Notes: a model not told the origin generated them from the sequence alone. A stretch of 61,197 nucleotides of DNA, filler included, from 4 parts of 4 records of this genome joined end to end with filler, not necessarily neighbours in it, one strand, 5' to 3'; shown: positions 1 through 10,905, counted from the first letter of the whole stretch. Made by a program: numbers and translations.

Positions 1-210
1 TGGATTCGTGTTGTGAATCCTTCGCGGTCAAAGTTCTGCAACAACGCCCACCACACCCCTGGAGTTATTCGCTCCGATGGCAGTAGGGCGCGCAGCGCAG
101 GATGTGCCGGCCCCCTATTGCACCCGCGATTTTGACGGTTGTCTGGATCTGCTGGAGGCCGCGGCGACCGGGTTCCAGCGCAGGCAGGAACATCTCTGCG
201 GGCTAAAGCC

Positions 211-1176
211 TCAGGCGTCGAGCACGTGCATCTGTCCGGCGAGCCAGGGCAGCCGGTTGACCGCTGGGGTGATCATCTGGCTCTGGACCAAACGGCGCAC
301 GGTATCTGCAACCTCGAGTGGCACCGTGTCGGGCCAGTCCGACTGCGAGAAGAGCGAGATCCGACGTGAAAACCCGGAGAACGGCAGGGCGAAGGCGTCG
401 ATGTCATCGTGAAAGCGCACCGCCCGCATGTATCCAAGCGGCGTGGTGATCGCCCAGCCGATGCGACGGGCCACCATTGCCATCAGCGCCAGGTGGGAGC
501 CGATCTCGAAGCGGGCCTCGAACTCCATCTTGTTGCGGTTGAGGTGCGACTCGATCTGCTGCGCGATGAGCTGATCGCGCGCATAGCGCAACAGGGGGAG
601 GTGGTTCAATTGGCTTCCAATGTCTTCCGGTGCGGTGACTGCGCCGCGTGGTGCCACGAGAATGAAGGGATCCTCGACCAGGGGGTATTCGGTCACGCCA
701 CTGCGCAGCTCGCCGGTCGATGCGGCGATGCCGATATGCAGTTCCTTGGCTTCCATCGCCCGATAAATATCGTGGCTGGAGGAGGTCACCATCTTGAACC
801 GGCATTGGGTCAGGCTGTCGGCCAGAATGGTTGCCAGACGCGGGGTGAGGTCATTGTCGAAATCATCGATCAACCCCAGCGATAGGGCCGGAAGATGCGA
901 AAGATCCATGACCGTCAATTCACTCTGCGCCAGTCGCAGTTCGCTGAGAACGGCCTGGGTTCGAGACAGGAAACTGCGGCCTGCTGGTGTTAAAACCATA
1001 GGTCTGCGCCCATGGTCCACCAAATCGGAACTCAGCGCTTTTTCAAGATTGCGAAGCTGCTGGCTGACAGCAGGCTGGCTCAGTCCGGTGATTTCAGCCG
1101 CCTGCGCGACTGAACCCGACTTGGCCAGTGCTTCAAAAACCTCTAGCCCCCGAAGTGTGACGCCTTTCATCAGCAT
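211..1176 (-). CDS. LysR-family transcriptional regulator
   Basis: N-terminal HTH (LRGLEVFEALAKSGSVAQAAEITGLSQPAVSQQLRNLE...LTPAGR) followed by a substrate-binding domain; 321 aa. Confidence 0.95.
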   Translation of the reverse strand: MLMKGVTLRGLEVFEALAKSGSVAQAAEITGLSQPAVSQQLRNLEKALSSDLVDHGRRPMVLTPAGRSFLSRTQAVLSELRLAQSELTVMDLSHLPALSLGLIDDFDNDLTPRLATILADSLTQCRFKMVTSSSHDIYRAMEAKELHIGIAASTGELRSGVTEYPLVEDPFILVAPRGAVTAPEDIGSQLNHLPLLRYARDQLIAQQIESHLNRNKMEFEARFEIGSHLALMAMVARRIGWAITTPLGYMRAVRFHDDIDAFALPFSGFSRRISLFSQSDWPDTVPLEVADTVRRLVQSQMITPAVNRLPWLAGQMHVLDA

Positions 1177-1433
1177 GTAATAGCTCCAAAAAGTTCAATC
1201 TCTCTCAAACTCCATCACGCGATGCTTCTGCCGGGGGGAGCGTCCGAACACTGCACAGCACAGGATTTTCCTGCACATGAAACAATATGCAATGTTTCTA
1301 TTTTTATTTTATTAGTTTGGGAAGGGAAAAATTATCAATAGTGATGATTTATAGGAAGTTTCGTATTTTCCGAATCTAATTCGTTAACACCCGAAGGGGA
1401 ATTAATCTTTTTAAAGTGAGGAGGCCGGATGAT

Positions 1434-1745
1434 TTAACCGCAGATCCGTTCTGCATCGCTGCCAAACGTCTTGTACTTCTTCCAGAGCCGCGCATCGCCT
1501 TGGCGGGCGGATTGACGAACCTCCTGCGCGCGGTGCGGGTCGGCAAACCACTTTGAAACTGTGCGTTGTTCGGAACGGGTCAGGCGCTGTTCTGCCACCT
1601 GCTGGATGCAGCTGCACAGCGAAGCCTGTGTCGCGCCCCGGGTTGAGCTGCGGCAGGCGCGCTCTATTGTGCCCGCGTCAGCAGCGGGGACCGTGGCCAG
1701 AGTGGAAGATATGCAGAGGCAAGCGGCAAGGGTAAGGCGAAACAC
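1434..1745 (-). CDS. small secreted Cys-containing hypothetical protein
   Basis: Likely GTG start at 1745 within ORF 1434..1946. Signal peptide (FRLTLAACLCISSTLATVPAADA) and a mature part with four Cys (IERAC, LCSCIQQVA, ICG). Confidence 0.7.
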   Translation of the reverse strand: MFRLTLAACLCISSTLATVPAADAGTIERACRSSTRGATQASLCSCIQQVAEQRLTRSEQRTVSKWFADPHRAQEVRQSARQGDARLWKKYKTFGSDAERICG

Positions 1746-1957
1746 GTGTATCAATCTCCGGTTTTGCGCAGGTTCGGGTGGGAGGAAATTTGACCAACTA
1801 TTCCACATATCATCCAGACGGATCAATGGGGCAAGGAGGCCCGGACGTCGGGAAGTCGCCAAAGCGGCATCACGTCGCACAGGGACTGCCGGTTGCGCGC
1901 GGTGCAACGCATGATCCATCTTGACCAAAGGCAAAATCCCAATCATATGCGCTTGTC

Positions 1958-3757
1958 ATGACAGAGCTCTCCAAAATCCGCAACTTCTCCATCGTCGCCC
2001 ATATCGACCACGGCAAGTCCACGCTTGCTGACCGCCTCATCCAATCGACGGGGACGGTGCAGGATCGTGACATGAAAGAGCAGCTGCTCGACGCCATGGA
2101 CATCGAACGGGAACGGGGCATCACAATCAAAGCCAACACCGTCCGCATCGATTATGTGGCCGATGACGGCGAGCACTACGTGTTGAACCTGATCGACACC
2201 CCTGGTCACGTTGACTTTGCCTATGAGGTCTCCCGCTCCATGCGTGCGGTTGAGGGCTCGCTTCTGGTGGTCGACAGCACGCAGGGGGTCGAAGCGCAGA
2301 CGCTGGCAAATGTGTATCAGGCGATCGACGCAGATCACGAGATCGTCCCGGTGTTGAACAAGATCGACCTGCCGGCCGCCGATTGTGCGCGGGTGGCGGA
2401 GCAGATCGAGGATGTGATCGGCATTGACGCCACGGATGCCATTCAGGTCTCCGCCAAGACCGGCATAGGCATTAAGGAAACGCTGGAAGCCATCGTGACG
2501 CGCCTGCCTGCGCCCACAGGCACCCGCGATGCGCCGCTGAAGGCCATGCTGGTCGACAGCTGGTACGACGCCTATCTGGGCGTGATCGTACTGGTGCGGA
2601 TCATGGATGGTGTCCTGAAAAAGGGCGACCAGATCAAGATGATGCAGACCGGTGCGCGCTATGGCGTCGAACGGATCGGCGTATTCCGTCCGCCCATGCA
2701 GGTTGTGGACGAATTGGGCCCCGGCGAGATCGGCTTTATCACGGCCTCGATCAAACAGGTGCGCGACACCAAGGTCGGCGACACCATCACCCACGAGAAA
2801 AAGGGCTCCGAGACGGCATTGCCGGGCTTTAAGCCTTCTGTGCCGGTGGTGTTCTGTGGTCTGTTCCCGGTCGACAGTTCGGAATTCGAGGATCTGCGCA
2901 ACGCGATCGAGAAGCTGGCGCTGAACGACGCCTCTTTCTCTTATGAAATGGAAACCTCTGCCGCACTTGGGTTCGGGTTCCGCTGCGGCTTCCTGGGGCT
3001 GTTGCACCTTGAGGTGATCCGCGACCGGATCGAACGCGAATACAATATCGAACTGATCACCACGGCACCGTCCGTTGTCTATCACGTCTATGCCAAGGAC
3101 GGGGAGATGCAGGAGCTGCACAACCCCGCCGACATGCCCGACCTGTCCACCATCGACCACCTGGAAGAGCCGCGCATCAAGGCGACCATTCTGGTGCCCG
3201 ACGACTTCCTTGGCGATGTGCTGAAGCTCTGCCAGGATCGTCGCGGTATTCAGCTGGATCTGTCCTATGCGGGCTCTCGCGCCATGGTGGTGTATGACCT
3301 GCCGCTGAACGAGGTGGTGTTTGACTTCTATGACCGTCTGAAATCGGTGACCAAGGGCTATGCGTCCTTCGACTACCAGATGATCGGCTATCGCACCGAC
3401 AACCTGGTCAAGATGTCAGTGCTGGTGAATGACGAACCGGTGGATGCGCTTTCGACGATGGTGCACCGCGACCGGGCCGAGCAGCGGGGCCGGGCCATGT
3501 GCGAGAAGCTCAAGGATCTGATCCCGCGTCACATGTTCAAGATCCCGATCCAGGCGGCCATCGGTGGCAAGGTGATCGCGCGCGAAACCCTGTCGGCTCT
3601 GCGCAAGGACGTGACCGCGAAATGCTACGGCGGCGATGCCAGCCGGAAGCGCAAGCTTCTGGACAAGCAGAAAGCGGGTAAGAAGAAGATGCGTCAGTTT
3701 GGTCGCGTGGAGATCCCGCAAGAGGCCTTTATCTCGGCCCTCAAGATGGACGACTGA
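1958..3757 (+). CDS. lepA: translation elongation factor 4 (LepA)
   Basis: [42 protein letters not shown] and C-terminal [19 protein letters not shown]. Confidence 0.99.
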   Translation: MTELSKIRNFSIVAHIDHGKSTLADRLIQSTGTVQDRDMKEQLLDAMDIERERGITIKANTVRIDYVADDGEHYVLNLIDTPGHVDFAYEVSRSMRAVEGSLLVVDSTQGVEAQTLANVYQAIDADHEIVPVLNKIDLPAADCARVAEQIEDVIGIDATDAIQVSAKTGIGIKETLEAIVTRLPAPTGTRDAPLKAMLVDSWYDAYLGVIVLVRIMDGVLKKGDQIKMMQTGARYGVERIGVFRPPMQVVDELGPGEIGFITASIKQVRDTKVGDTITHEKKGSETALPGFKPSVPVVFCGLFPVDSSEFEDLRNAIEKLALNDASFSYEMETSAALGFGFRCGFLGLLHLEVIRDRIEREYNIELITTAPSVVYHVYAKDGEMQELHNPADMPDLSTIDHLEEPRIKATILVPDDFLGDVLKLCQDRRGIQLDLSYAGSRAMVVYDLPLNEVVFDFYDRLKSVTKGYASFDYQMIGYRTDNLVKMSVLVNDEPVDALSTMVHRDRAEQRGRAMCEKLKDLIPRHMFKIPIQAAIGGKVIARETLSALRKDVTAKCYGGDASRKRKLLDKQKAGKKKMRQFGRVEIPQEAFISALKMDD

Positions 3758-3781
3758 GTTCGGGAAGCAGCACAGATCAAC

Positions 3782-3813
3782 AAAAAGCGGGGCGTTTGCT
3801 CCGCTTTTTCTTT
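3782..3813 (+). terminator. intrinsic terminator after lepA (bidirectional-looking)
   Basis: AAAAAGCGGGGC-GTTT-GCTCCGCTTTTTCTTT hairpin flanked by A and T tracts. Confidence 0.85.
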
Positions 3814-4231
3814 GGGCATGTGGTCGGATGCCGAAGTTCGCATTGGAAATAACGCCAACGGGCGAGATTGAGAGTATTCGAAAGCTATTGAAAAATTTGT
3901 TTGGAAATACTCTTTCTGCGGCGGATTTCCAATTCTTCTGCCCGAGGATTTTTGGACGCAGGTTTTTTTGCATGTTTCTGTTCGGCACTGCTGAGGCAAA
4001 GCGATGAATTTCAGAATGCTGTCACAAATGCCTCTCGCCGAAGGGCTGTGCACATTCGGCGGAGATCGGAAAACCCGCGCTATTGGGCTGTCTGGCCGGG
4101 TGTTGTCCCGCGAATGAGACGTGAAGCGATTTTCCGCACCCGAACGGTTCTTACGCGACAGGGGGCGGTCGGCTGTTGCGCAGACATTCTCACAGACGAG
4201 GGGCCGGGCTTGTCTGTGGTTTTGCCTCGAC

Positions 4232-4245
4232 CTGATGCAGATCAA
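4232..4245 (+). promoter_or_regulatory. FNR/FixK/Dnr-type box (one mismatch)
   Basis: CTGAT-GCAG-ATCAA versus consensus TTGAT-N4-ATCAA, about 70 nt upstream of the ORF at 4315. Confidence 0.5.
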
Positions 4246-4314
4246 AGAAACATGGTGCAGAACCGGGCAAACAGGGGGGCTGAAACATGCGTTTTGAAAT
4301 ACATGAGGTTGGTA

Positions 4315-4497
4315 ATGTTCCGCTTGGCCCTGATCCTGCATATCTTCATCGGCTCGACACTCGCGGGGAGCGCGGTGATCGCGGCGCTGGTGATGGGGGA
4401 CTCCACGCTCTGGACGATTCTTATCGCGGCACTGGCGGGGGTCGTTGCCGCAGTGCCGGTCAGTGCAATCATTGCACGCAAGCTTTACGTCGGTTGA
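4315..4497 (+). CDS. small two-helix membrane protein (60 aa)
   Basis: GAGGT RBS before ATG 4315; MFRLALILHIFIGSTLAGSAVIAALVMG...WTILIAALAGVVAAVPVSAIIARKLYVG has two hydrophobic segments. Confidence 0.75.
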   Translation: MFRLALILHIFIGSTLAGSAVIAALVMGDSTLWTILIAALAGVVAAVPVSAIIARKLYVG

Positions 4498-4504
4498 GAC
4501 GCGG

Positions 4505-4642
4505 TCAGATCGAGTTCTGTACGTTCTGGGCCGTATCTGAAATTGTCTGTCCCGCTTTCTGCAGGTCGCGGCCTGCGCCCTTGGTGGTTTCACAAGCGGC
4601 AAGGGCGAGGATCATGAGGCCGAATAGGAGCGGGCGGGGCAT
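4505..4642 (-). CDS. entericidin EcnA/B-family lipoprotein
   Basis: MPRPLLFGLMILALAAC lipobox followed by ETTKGAGRDLQKAGQTISDTA; GGAGAG RBS upstream. Confidence 0.88.
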   Translation of the reverse strand: MPRPLLFGLMILALAACETTKGAGRDLQKAGQTISDTAQNVQNSI

Positions 4643-4967
4643 GGGCGGAAGCTCTCCATGGATGCGCGGTTCACGAAAGGGGAACCGCTTCTGATGTCTC
4701 AAGAATCTCCGATCCGGTCGCAAATGGCAAGGAGATTGAAGGCAAGGCGAAAGGGTGCGGTGCCGTGCAGGTGCAGCAACGTTTTGGCGTTGCTTTATCG
4801 CCTTATGGTTGTAGGGTTGGTGTAGCTTATGTCTGTGTTTGGGGGAGTAGCGCTTGCAGCTCGTGGTAGCAAGACTTCGCCTGTTCACGGCCTGATGTGT
4901 GGCGTGACACTTGTTTGTCGTGATGCGCATCCCAAATCGAAGGGCAACTGTTTCGGGAGGTGGCACA

Positions 4968-5246
4968 ATGGATTTCAAGGTTCAAAAGGAATGTCTGGAA
5001 ACCCGGTTGAGCGCATTGTCTGCGGGCATGCACGCGGGGCAGGGCCTTTCTGCTTTGGCGCGCGTCGGCCAACCAAGAGGAGAGGCTTTCAACAAAAAGG
5101 GTGGCGAAGTCGGGGCTATTCTCACCGCGCTCGACAGGTTGAAAGCGGGCGAATACGGCTACTGCAGGATCTGCGGTGCAGACATCGCGCCGGACCACCT
5201 GCGCGCGCACCCGGAGACCCCGTTTTGCGAATCCTGTTCCGCCTGA
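4968..5246 (+). CDS. TraR/DksA-family C4 zinc-finger protein
   Basis: GGAGG RBS; ALDRLKAGEYGYCRICGADIAPDHLRAHPETPFCESC zinc finger. Confidence 0.88.
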   Translation: MDFKVQKECLETRLSALSAGMHAGQGLSALARVGQPRGEAFNKKGGEVGAILTALDRLKAGEYGYCRICGADIAPDHLRAHPETPFCESCSA

Positions 5247-5516
5247 GCGTGCTGTGAGGTAGGGGCTCCGTGGCGCCTTTCCGCTGTGGGAGCGTGAGCT
5301 TGCTGGCATCAGCATCACTGGCTTTGACCAAAGGGCGATCGCAAGCCTATCAATCCTTCGGTGGGGCAGGGGTATTCTCTTGCGGCGTGCGGAAAATCAG
5401 GTTCTCGGCGGCAACAGGGGCGACAGATCCGGTTGCATTACACAAAAGGGGCCGTTGCCGTGCTCGTCGCGATGTGTCAGAACTCATGCAAATGCCTGAA
5501 CATACGAGTTTAGCAG

Positions 5517-6170
5517 ATGACTGATTTCTCCGACCGCCGCCGCATGATGGTAGACACTCAGATCCGCCCGGCGGATGTGACCAAATACCCGATTATCGAA
5601 GCCCTTCTTGCCATCCCGCGCGAGGATTTTGTCCCCGATGCGCAGGCTGAGGTTGCCTATGCCGACCAGAGCATTCCGCTGGGTGAGGGGCGTGTGGTTC
5701 CCGAGCCCCGGACATTGGCCAAGATGCTCGACGCGCTCGACGTGCGCGAAGATGAGCTGGTGCTCGACGTAGGCTGCGGGCTTGGGTACTCAACCGCCGT
5801 CGTGGCACGGCTGGCGCAGATGGTGATCGGTGTCGAGGAAGACGAATTGCTCGCTTCCGAAGCGCAGGACCTGTTGAGCGATAGTGACGCCGACAATGCC
5901 ATCGTCCATCAGGGGGTCTTGGTCGACGGGGCAGGCGAACATGGTCCTTACGATGTGATGATCATCGAGGGCGGCGTCGAGGATATTCCGGCCGCGCTGC
6001 TGGCGCAGCTCAAGGACGGCGGGCGCATTGCGGCAATGTTCATGTCCGGTGCACTCGGAGAGGTGAAAATCGGCTACAAGAGCGGCGATCAGATCTCGTG
6101 GCGATTTGATTTTAATGCCGGTGCGCCGGTCTTGCCTGGTTTTGGCAAGACGGCAGCATTTGCTCTCTGA
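5517..6170 (+). CDS. pcm: protein-L-isoaspartate O-methyltransferase family protein
   Basis: RRMMVDTQIRP, IPREDFVP, SAM motif VLDVGCGLGYSTAV, GPYDVMIIEG, QLKDGGR. Confidence 0.92.
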   Translation: MTDFSDRRRMMVDTQIRPADVTKYPIIEALLAIPREDFVPDAQAEVAYADQSIPLGEGRVVPEPRTLAKMLDALDVREDELVLDVGCGLGYSTAVVARLAQMVIGVEEDELLASEAQDLLSDSDADNAIVHQGVLVDGAGEHGPYDVMIIEGGVEDIPAALLAQLKDGGRIAAMFMSGALGEVKIGYKSGDQISWRFDFNAGAPVLPGFGKTAAFAL

Positions 6171-6313
6171 CAAATTATGTCTGTCGTGCTATGATCTTTT
6201 TGCGCAGATAGAGGGTGCAGGCCCTTTTCAATTTAGTGTGACATTCACATATGTTGAGCGCAATCAGACCGTAAACGGGTTTGAATAAACCCCAACAATA
6301 CCGAGGCGACAGC

Positions 6314-7735
6314 ATGCAACGATTTGTAAACACAAAGAGGATCAGGGCTTTTGCTGCTATAGGCGTCCTGGCGACCGCTGCGATCGGCGCACCGCAGGTC
6401 CGGGCCGACAATGTGACCGACGCGATGATCGGCGCCTATACCAGCAGTGGCCTGCTCGAACAAAACCGTGCGTTGCTGCGCGTCGCTGACGAAGGCGTCG
6501 CTGTCACTGTCGCACGGCTGCGGCCGGTGATCAGCACGGCGCTGTCCATTGCCCGTGACTATAACCGCACCGGTTTTAGATCGCTGGGCGCGAGCTCCGA
6601 TCATCGTACCGGCGCCTCGCTGAGCCTGAGCATGAACTGGCTGCTGTTCGACAATGGCGCATCGCGTCTGGATACCGCTGCCGCGCAGGAGACCGTCTTG
6701 GCGACACGTCAGACCCTGTTGGATGTCGAGCAGCAGGTGCTGTACTCGGCAGTGCAGGCCTATGTGAACGTCTTGACCCAGCAGGACATCGTGTCCTTGC
6801 GCAACAACAACCTGCGTCTCTTGCAGGAAGAGCTGCGGGCGGCAAATGACCGGTTTGAAGTGGGCGAAGTCACGCGGACCGACGTGGCTCTGGCTGAAAG
6901 CCAGGTGGCCGAAGCCCGCGCCAACCTGACCGATGCGCGGGGTGATCTTCTGACCGCACGCGCCACTTATGAGGAAGTCGTGGGTCGTGCCCCGGGATCC
7001 ATCACCTCCTATCCACCTTTGCCGCGTCGTGCATCCAGCTTGCAGACCGCTCAGGCGCTCGCGCTGCGCAGCCACCCCAGCCTGCGTGCCCAGCAGCACG
7101 CGGTCAAGGCGGCCCAGCTGACGGCCGACAGTTCGCTGCGGGACATGGGGCCGACCGTGAACCTGTCCGCCACCGCCTCCCATGGTGAAGTGCGCGGCAA
7201 CGACTCTCGGACTGACAATTTTGATATTGGCGTGTCGCTGAACCAGACGATTTACGCGGGTGGGTCGCTCGCGGCGGCCCGTCGTGCGGATCTGGCCCGT
7301 CTGGATGCGGAGCGGGGGGCGTTGATCTCCACCCAGCGCAGCATTTCCAGCAACACCGCCAGTGCCTACACGGCGTTTGAGACCGCTGCTGCAAGTCTTG
7401 TGTCCTCGAACGAACGGGTCCGGGCCGCTCAGGTGGCCTTTAACGGTGTTCGCGAAGAGGCGACGCTGGGATCGCGCACCACGCTTGATGTGCTGCAGGC
7501 CGAGCAAGAGCTGCTGGATGCGCAGACCGCGCGTTTGTCTGCCCGTGCAACGCAGGCGCTTGCCGCGTATGACCTGCTGCAGTCTCAGGGCCTGTTGACG
7601 GCGGAGAACCTGAACCTTGCAGTGGAACGCTACGACCCTGAGATCTACTACAATCAGGTTCGGTCTGCGCCTGCATTTGTGACCAAGCGTGGTCAGGATC
7701 TGGACCGGGTGCTCAAGGCGTTGGGGAAGAACTGA
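6314..7735 (+). CDS. tolC: TolC-family outer membrane channel
   Basis: Signal peptide plus duplicated OEP repeats (RFEVGEVTRTDVALAE; EATLGSRTTLDVLQAEQELLDA); start set at ATG 6314. Confidence 0.93.
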   Translation: MQRFVNTKRIRAFAAIGVLATAAIGAPQVRADNVTDAMIGAYTSSGLLEQNRALLRVADEGVAVTVARLRPVISTALSIARDYNRTGFRSLGASSDHRTGASLSLSMNWLLFDNGASRLDTAAAQETVLATRQTLLDVEQQVLYSAVQAYVNVLTQQDIVSLRNNNLRLLQEELRAANDRFEVGEVTRTDVALAESQVAEARANLTDARGDLLTARATYEEVVGRAPGSITSYPPLPRRASSLQTAQALALRSHPSLRAQQHAVKAAQLTADSSLRDMGPTVNLSATASHGEVRGNDSRTDNFDIGVSLNQTIYAGGSLAAARRADLARLDAERGALISTQRSISSNTASAYTAFETAAASLVSSNERVRAAQVAFNGVREEATLGSRTTLDVLQAEQELLDAQTARLSARATQALAAYDLLQSQGLLTAENLNLAVERYDPEIYYNQVRSAPAFVTKRGQDLDRVLKALGKN

Positions 7736-7811
7736 TAATCCGACGTTGCTGTTGTGTGACGGGCGCAAGCTGGCTAGACTTGCCCCTAAGAGGTGAGCTT
7801 GGCCAATAAAA

Positions 7812-8993
7812 ATGTCTGAACCCGTTACGCACTCAGAAATCGAAGATGTTCTATCCTCCATCCGTCGTCTGGTCAGTGAGACCAGTCGCACTGAGGGCAG
7901 TGCATCGCCTGCGCGAGACGAAGGCAAACCCGCAACCCGTCTGGTGCTGACACCGGCGCTGCGGGTCCCTGCTTCTGACGTCCGCGACGATACCCCGGAG
8001 ACAGGGCAGGGGGCTCAGCCCCACCAGGCCTTTAATGCCAACGAACACGCCACTGTCGTGGCTGTGTTCAAGTCAGACCCAACCCTACCGGCGGACGATT
8101 CATCTGCCACTACAGAGCAGCCAGACAAGATTACGGACGTCGATCTCTCCACCCGACACGATCCGATCAATGATCAATCCCGCAGTGAGGCAACTCGCAT
8201 CCTGGCCTCGGCGGCCAAGCCACCGTCGCAGGATGACGCCGCACGCCGAACCTTTGCGGAGCCTTCGCCCTGCGAAGTGTCATCCGTGACAGACGCGGAT
8301 GAAGAGATTGCCGAAGCCCCTTTCATTGCGGTTGAGGACAACGATGGCGGCGGAGCGGCTGATCCGATTTTGCTGCGAATGCCGACCAGCTTGCCTGAGG
8401 GCGTGCCCTCTCGTGATGTCGCGGTAGACGCACCCTGGCGCGACCCGGAGGCGAAACTGTTTGACAGCCTGTCAGACACAGACGCGACCGAGACGGTTCA
8501 GGACGCTGCGCCAAAGGGGGAGGAGCCGCCGCGTGAGCAAAGCGCGCGTGTTGCCGCCGTCGTGCGTCGCATTGCCGAACTTGAAACCGCCGGACGTAGC
8601 GCTGATGAAGCGGGTACGGCACGCAACGGTACTGCGGTACCCGATCTGAACGAAGACGACATCGAAGCGGTGCCGCACAGTGGCCCTTCGTTCGAGACCA
8701 TCCAGTGGGAAGATCACCAGCAGGACGACGCCGGAACGGCCAGTTTCGTCTCTGCGCGGGAGCCCGCGGAGGATCAGGCCGGTGCACTGACACGCGGCGC
8801 GACGGAAGAGGTTGCCATGGAGGCCTTGTCTTCTGCCGAGGAGTTCCTTGACGAGGACGCGCTGCGCGAGTTGGTGTCCGACATTGTACGCGAGGAACTT
8901 CAGGGTGTGCTCGGCGAGCGGATCACCCGCAACGTGCGCAAGCTGGTCCGCCGTGAAATCCAGCGTGCACTGGCATCTCAAGAGTTGCTCTGA
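7812..8993 (+). CDS. PopZ-like polar scaffold protein (acidic disordered linker between terminal helices)
   Basis: N-terminal EIEDVLSSIRRLVSE, long P/D/E/A-rich middle, C-terminal helix ...RITRNVRKLVRREIQRAL; sits directly after pcm-tolC. Confidence 0.65.
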   Translation: MSEPVTHSEIEDVLSSIRRLVSETSRTEGSASPARDEGKPATRLVLTPALRVPASDVRDDTPETGQGAQPHQAFNANEHATVVAVFKSDPTLPADDSSATTEQPDKITDVDLSTRHDPINDQSRSEATRILASAAKPPSQDDAARRTFAEPSPCEVSSVTDADEEIAEAPFIAVEDNDGGGAADPILLRMPTSLPEGVPSRDVAVDAPWRDPEAKLFDSLSDTDATETVQDAAPKGEEPPREQSARVAAVVRRIAELETAGRSADEAGTARNGTAVPDLNEDDIEAVPHSGPSFETIQWEDHQQDDAGTASFVSAREPAEDQAGALTRGATEEVAMEALSSAEEFLDEDALRELVSDIVREELQGVLGERITRNVRKLVRREIQRALASQELL

Positions 8994-9124
8994 CGGCTCA
9001 TAACATCATGTAGAATTTGTCAAACGCGAGGCGCCACCCGTGGCTGGCGCCGGACTTGCCTATGGTTGAGCCAATCGCAACATCATGCGCTTTGCTCCCA
9101 GCAGGCCTGAAATTTGAGATGGCG

Positions 9125-10591
9125 TTAGCGCATCAGGCCGGGAATCGGCGCGGCCAGCTCCAGCAGGAGATCAACATCCATGCAGTCCTCGAGGTGGGCG
9201 GCCAGCGCATCCAGCGTGTCTTCCACTCCGGCATCGTAGCCGGTGGATGAGGCGTGACCGAGACCGCCCAGGAAGTGAGCCCGAAACGCATCCGATGTGA
9301 ACAGGCCATGCAGGTAAGACCCGCGCACGCGGCCATCTGCCGAAGCCGCGCCTTCATCACGTCCCTGCACTGTCAGCCAGGCGCGCGCGCAGTCGGGGCC
9401 CGTTGTTCGGCCCATGTGGATCTCATAGCCGGAGACGGGCAGGGCGCCGTCGCGCGTTTTCGCCTCGCTCAGGGTGACGCGTTTGTCCCCGGCCATCACG
9501 GTATGCACATCCAGAAGCCCCAGCCCCTCCACCGTGCCCGGGGAGCCATCGACGCCCTCCGGGTCATCTATGGTCTTGCCGAGCATCTGGTAGCCACCGC
9601 AAAGGCCCAGCACATGTCCGCCGCGCCGGTGGTGCGCGAGGATGTCGATATCCCAGCCCTGCGCGCGCAGATAGGCGAGATCGCCGATGGTGGATTTGGA
9701 GCCGGGGATCAGCACCAGATCGGCGTCCCCCGGAAGCGCCCGTCCGGGTGGGACGATTTCAATGGTGACATCCGACTCGGCGGCCAATGGGTCCAGATCG
9801 TCGAAATTGGCCATCCGCTCCAGCTGAGGCACCACGATCTTGCAGCCTCCGCCCGCGTGGGAGGCGATGTCCATCATGTCCTCGGCGGGTAGCTTCCAGG
9901 CGTCCCGGAACCACGGCACCACGCCGAGCGAGGGCCAGTCGGTCCAGCGGGAAATATCGTCGCGGCCGCCGTCAAACAGGCTAAGGTCACCACGAAAGCG
10001 ATTGACCGCAAAGCCTTTTATGCGGGCACGGTCGCCCGCATCGAGCACCGTATGAGTGCCGACAATCTGCGCAATCACGCCACCACGATGGATGTCGCCC
10101 ACCAGGACCACCGGCACCCCTGCGGCCTCTGCAAAGCCCATATTGGCGATATCGCCCTTGCGCAGATTGGTTTCTGCCGGTGAGCCGGCGCCCTCGATGA
10201 GGACAATATCATGTTGGGCGGCAAGGCGATGAAAGCTCTCCAGTGCGGCCTCCAGCAAGCCTGTCTTGTCGCGCATGAAAGACCCCGCCGCACGGGTGCC
10301 GCGCCGCTTGCCCTGCACGATCACCTGCGCGCCAGTGTCGGTTTCCGGCTTCAACAGCACCGGGTTCATATCGGTATGCGGGGGCAGCCCCGCGGCACGG
10401 GCTTGCAAGGCCTGCGCCCGGCCAATCTCACCTCCGTCAGAGGTGACGGCGGCATTGTTGGACATGTTCTGCGACTTGAATGGCGCAACCGACAGGCCCC
10501 GGCGACGCAACGCCCGTGCCAGACCTGCGACAAGCATCGACTTGCCCACATTGCTGCCGGTGCCCTGTATCATGATTGCCTTGGTGCCCAT
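9125..10591 (-). CDS. cobQ: cobyric acid synthase
   Basis: [61 protein letters not shown]. Confidence 0.98.
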   Translation of the reverse strand: MGTKAIMIQGTGSNVGKSMLVAGLARALRRRGLSVAPFKSQNMSNNAAVTSDGGEIGRAQALQARAAGLPPHTDMNPVLLKPETDTGAQVIVQGKRRGTRAAGSFMRDKTGLLEAALESFHRLAAQHDIVLIEGAGSPAETNLRKGDIANMGFAEAAGVPVVLVGDIHRGGVIAQIVGTHTVLDAGDRARIKGFAVNRFRGDLSLFDGGRDDISRWTDWPSLGVVPWFRDAWKLPAEDMMDIASHAGGGCKIVVPQLERMANFDDLDPLAAESDVTIEIVPPGRALPGDADLVLIPGSKSTIGDLAYLRAQGWDIDILAHHRRGGHVLGLCGGYQMLGKTIDDPEGVDGSPGTVEGLGLLDVHTVMAGDKRVTLSEAKTRDGALPVSGYEIHMGRTTGPDCARAWLTVQGRDEGAASADGRVRGSYLHGLFTSDAFRAHFLGGLGHASSTGYDAGVEDTLDALAAHLEDCMDVDLLLELAAPIPGLMR

Positions 10592-10839
10592 CGGGTGTCT
10601 CGCTTGCCAGATCTACAGGGGACAGTTGCACCGTCGCGGGCCGCTAGGTCAATCACGCAAGCGACGGATCAGGGGGCGCGAGGGGCGTCAAACGGCCTGA
10701 GCGCGCAGTTCGCGTGATGCGCGCCACGCGTGTTTCGGCGACGTTGTGTCGTGGCGCACTTGGGCCACGTGAGTGCGGTCCAAAATCGCCTGAGAGCCTA
10801 CGGCCTGCACGGCTCAGCGATGCGCTAAACGTATCGCCC

Positions 10840-10875
10840 AAAAGAAAAACGCGCCCCCCAGGACGCGCTTTTCTC
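10840..10875 (-). terminator. intrinsic terminator after the 105-aa gene
   Basis: Minus strand GAGAAAAGCGCGTCC-loop-GGGCGCGTTTTTCTTTT. Confidence 0.7.
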
Positions 10876-10905
10876 AAATCAGCTTGGCAGCTTATTTATG
10901 TGCGA

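Noticed and set aside
1371..1414. CtrA box in the AT-rich LysR upstream region
   Set aside because: The TTAA half-sites are spaced by 5 nt, not the required 7.
5247..5516. tRNA gene upstream of pcm
   Set aside because: No cloverleaf or T-loop GTTCGA-type motif is recognisable on either strand.
10600..10840. Cobalamin riboswitch upstream of cobQ (GCAACTGT on the minus strand)
   Set aside because: The rest of the motif (AGGGAA, GGTG..AATCC, GCCCCCGC context, B12 box) is absent.
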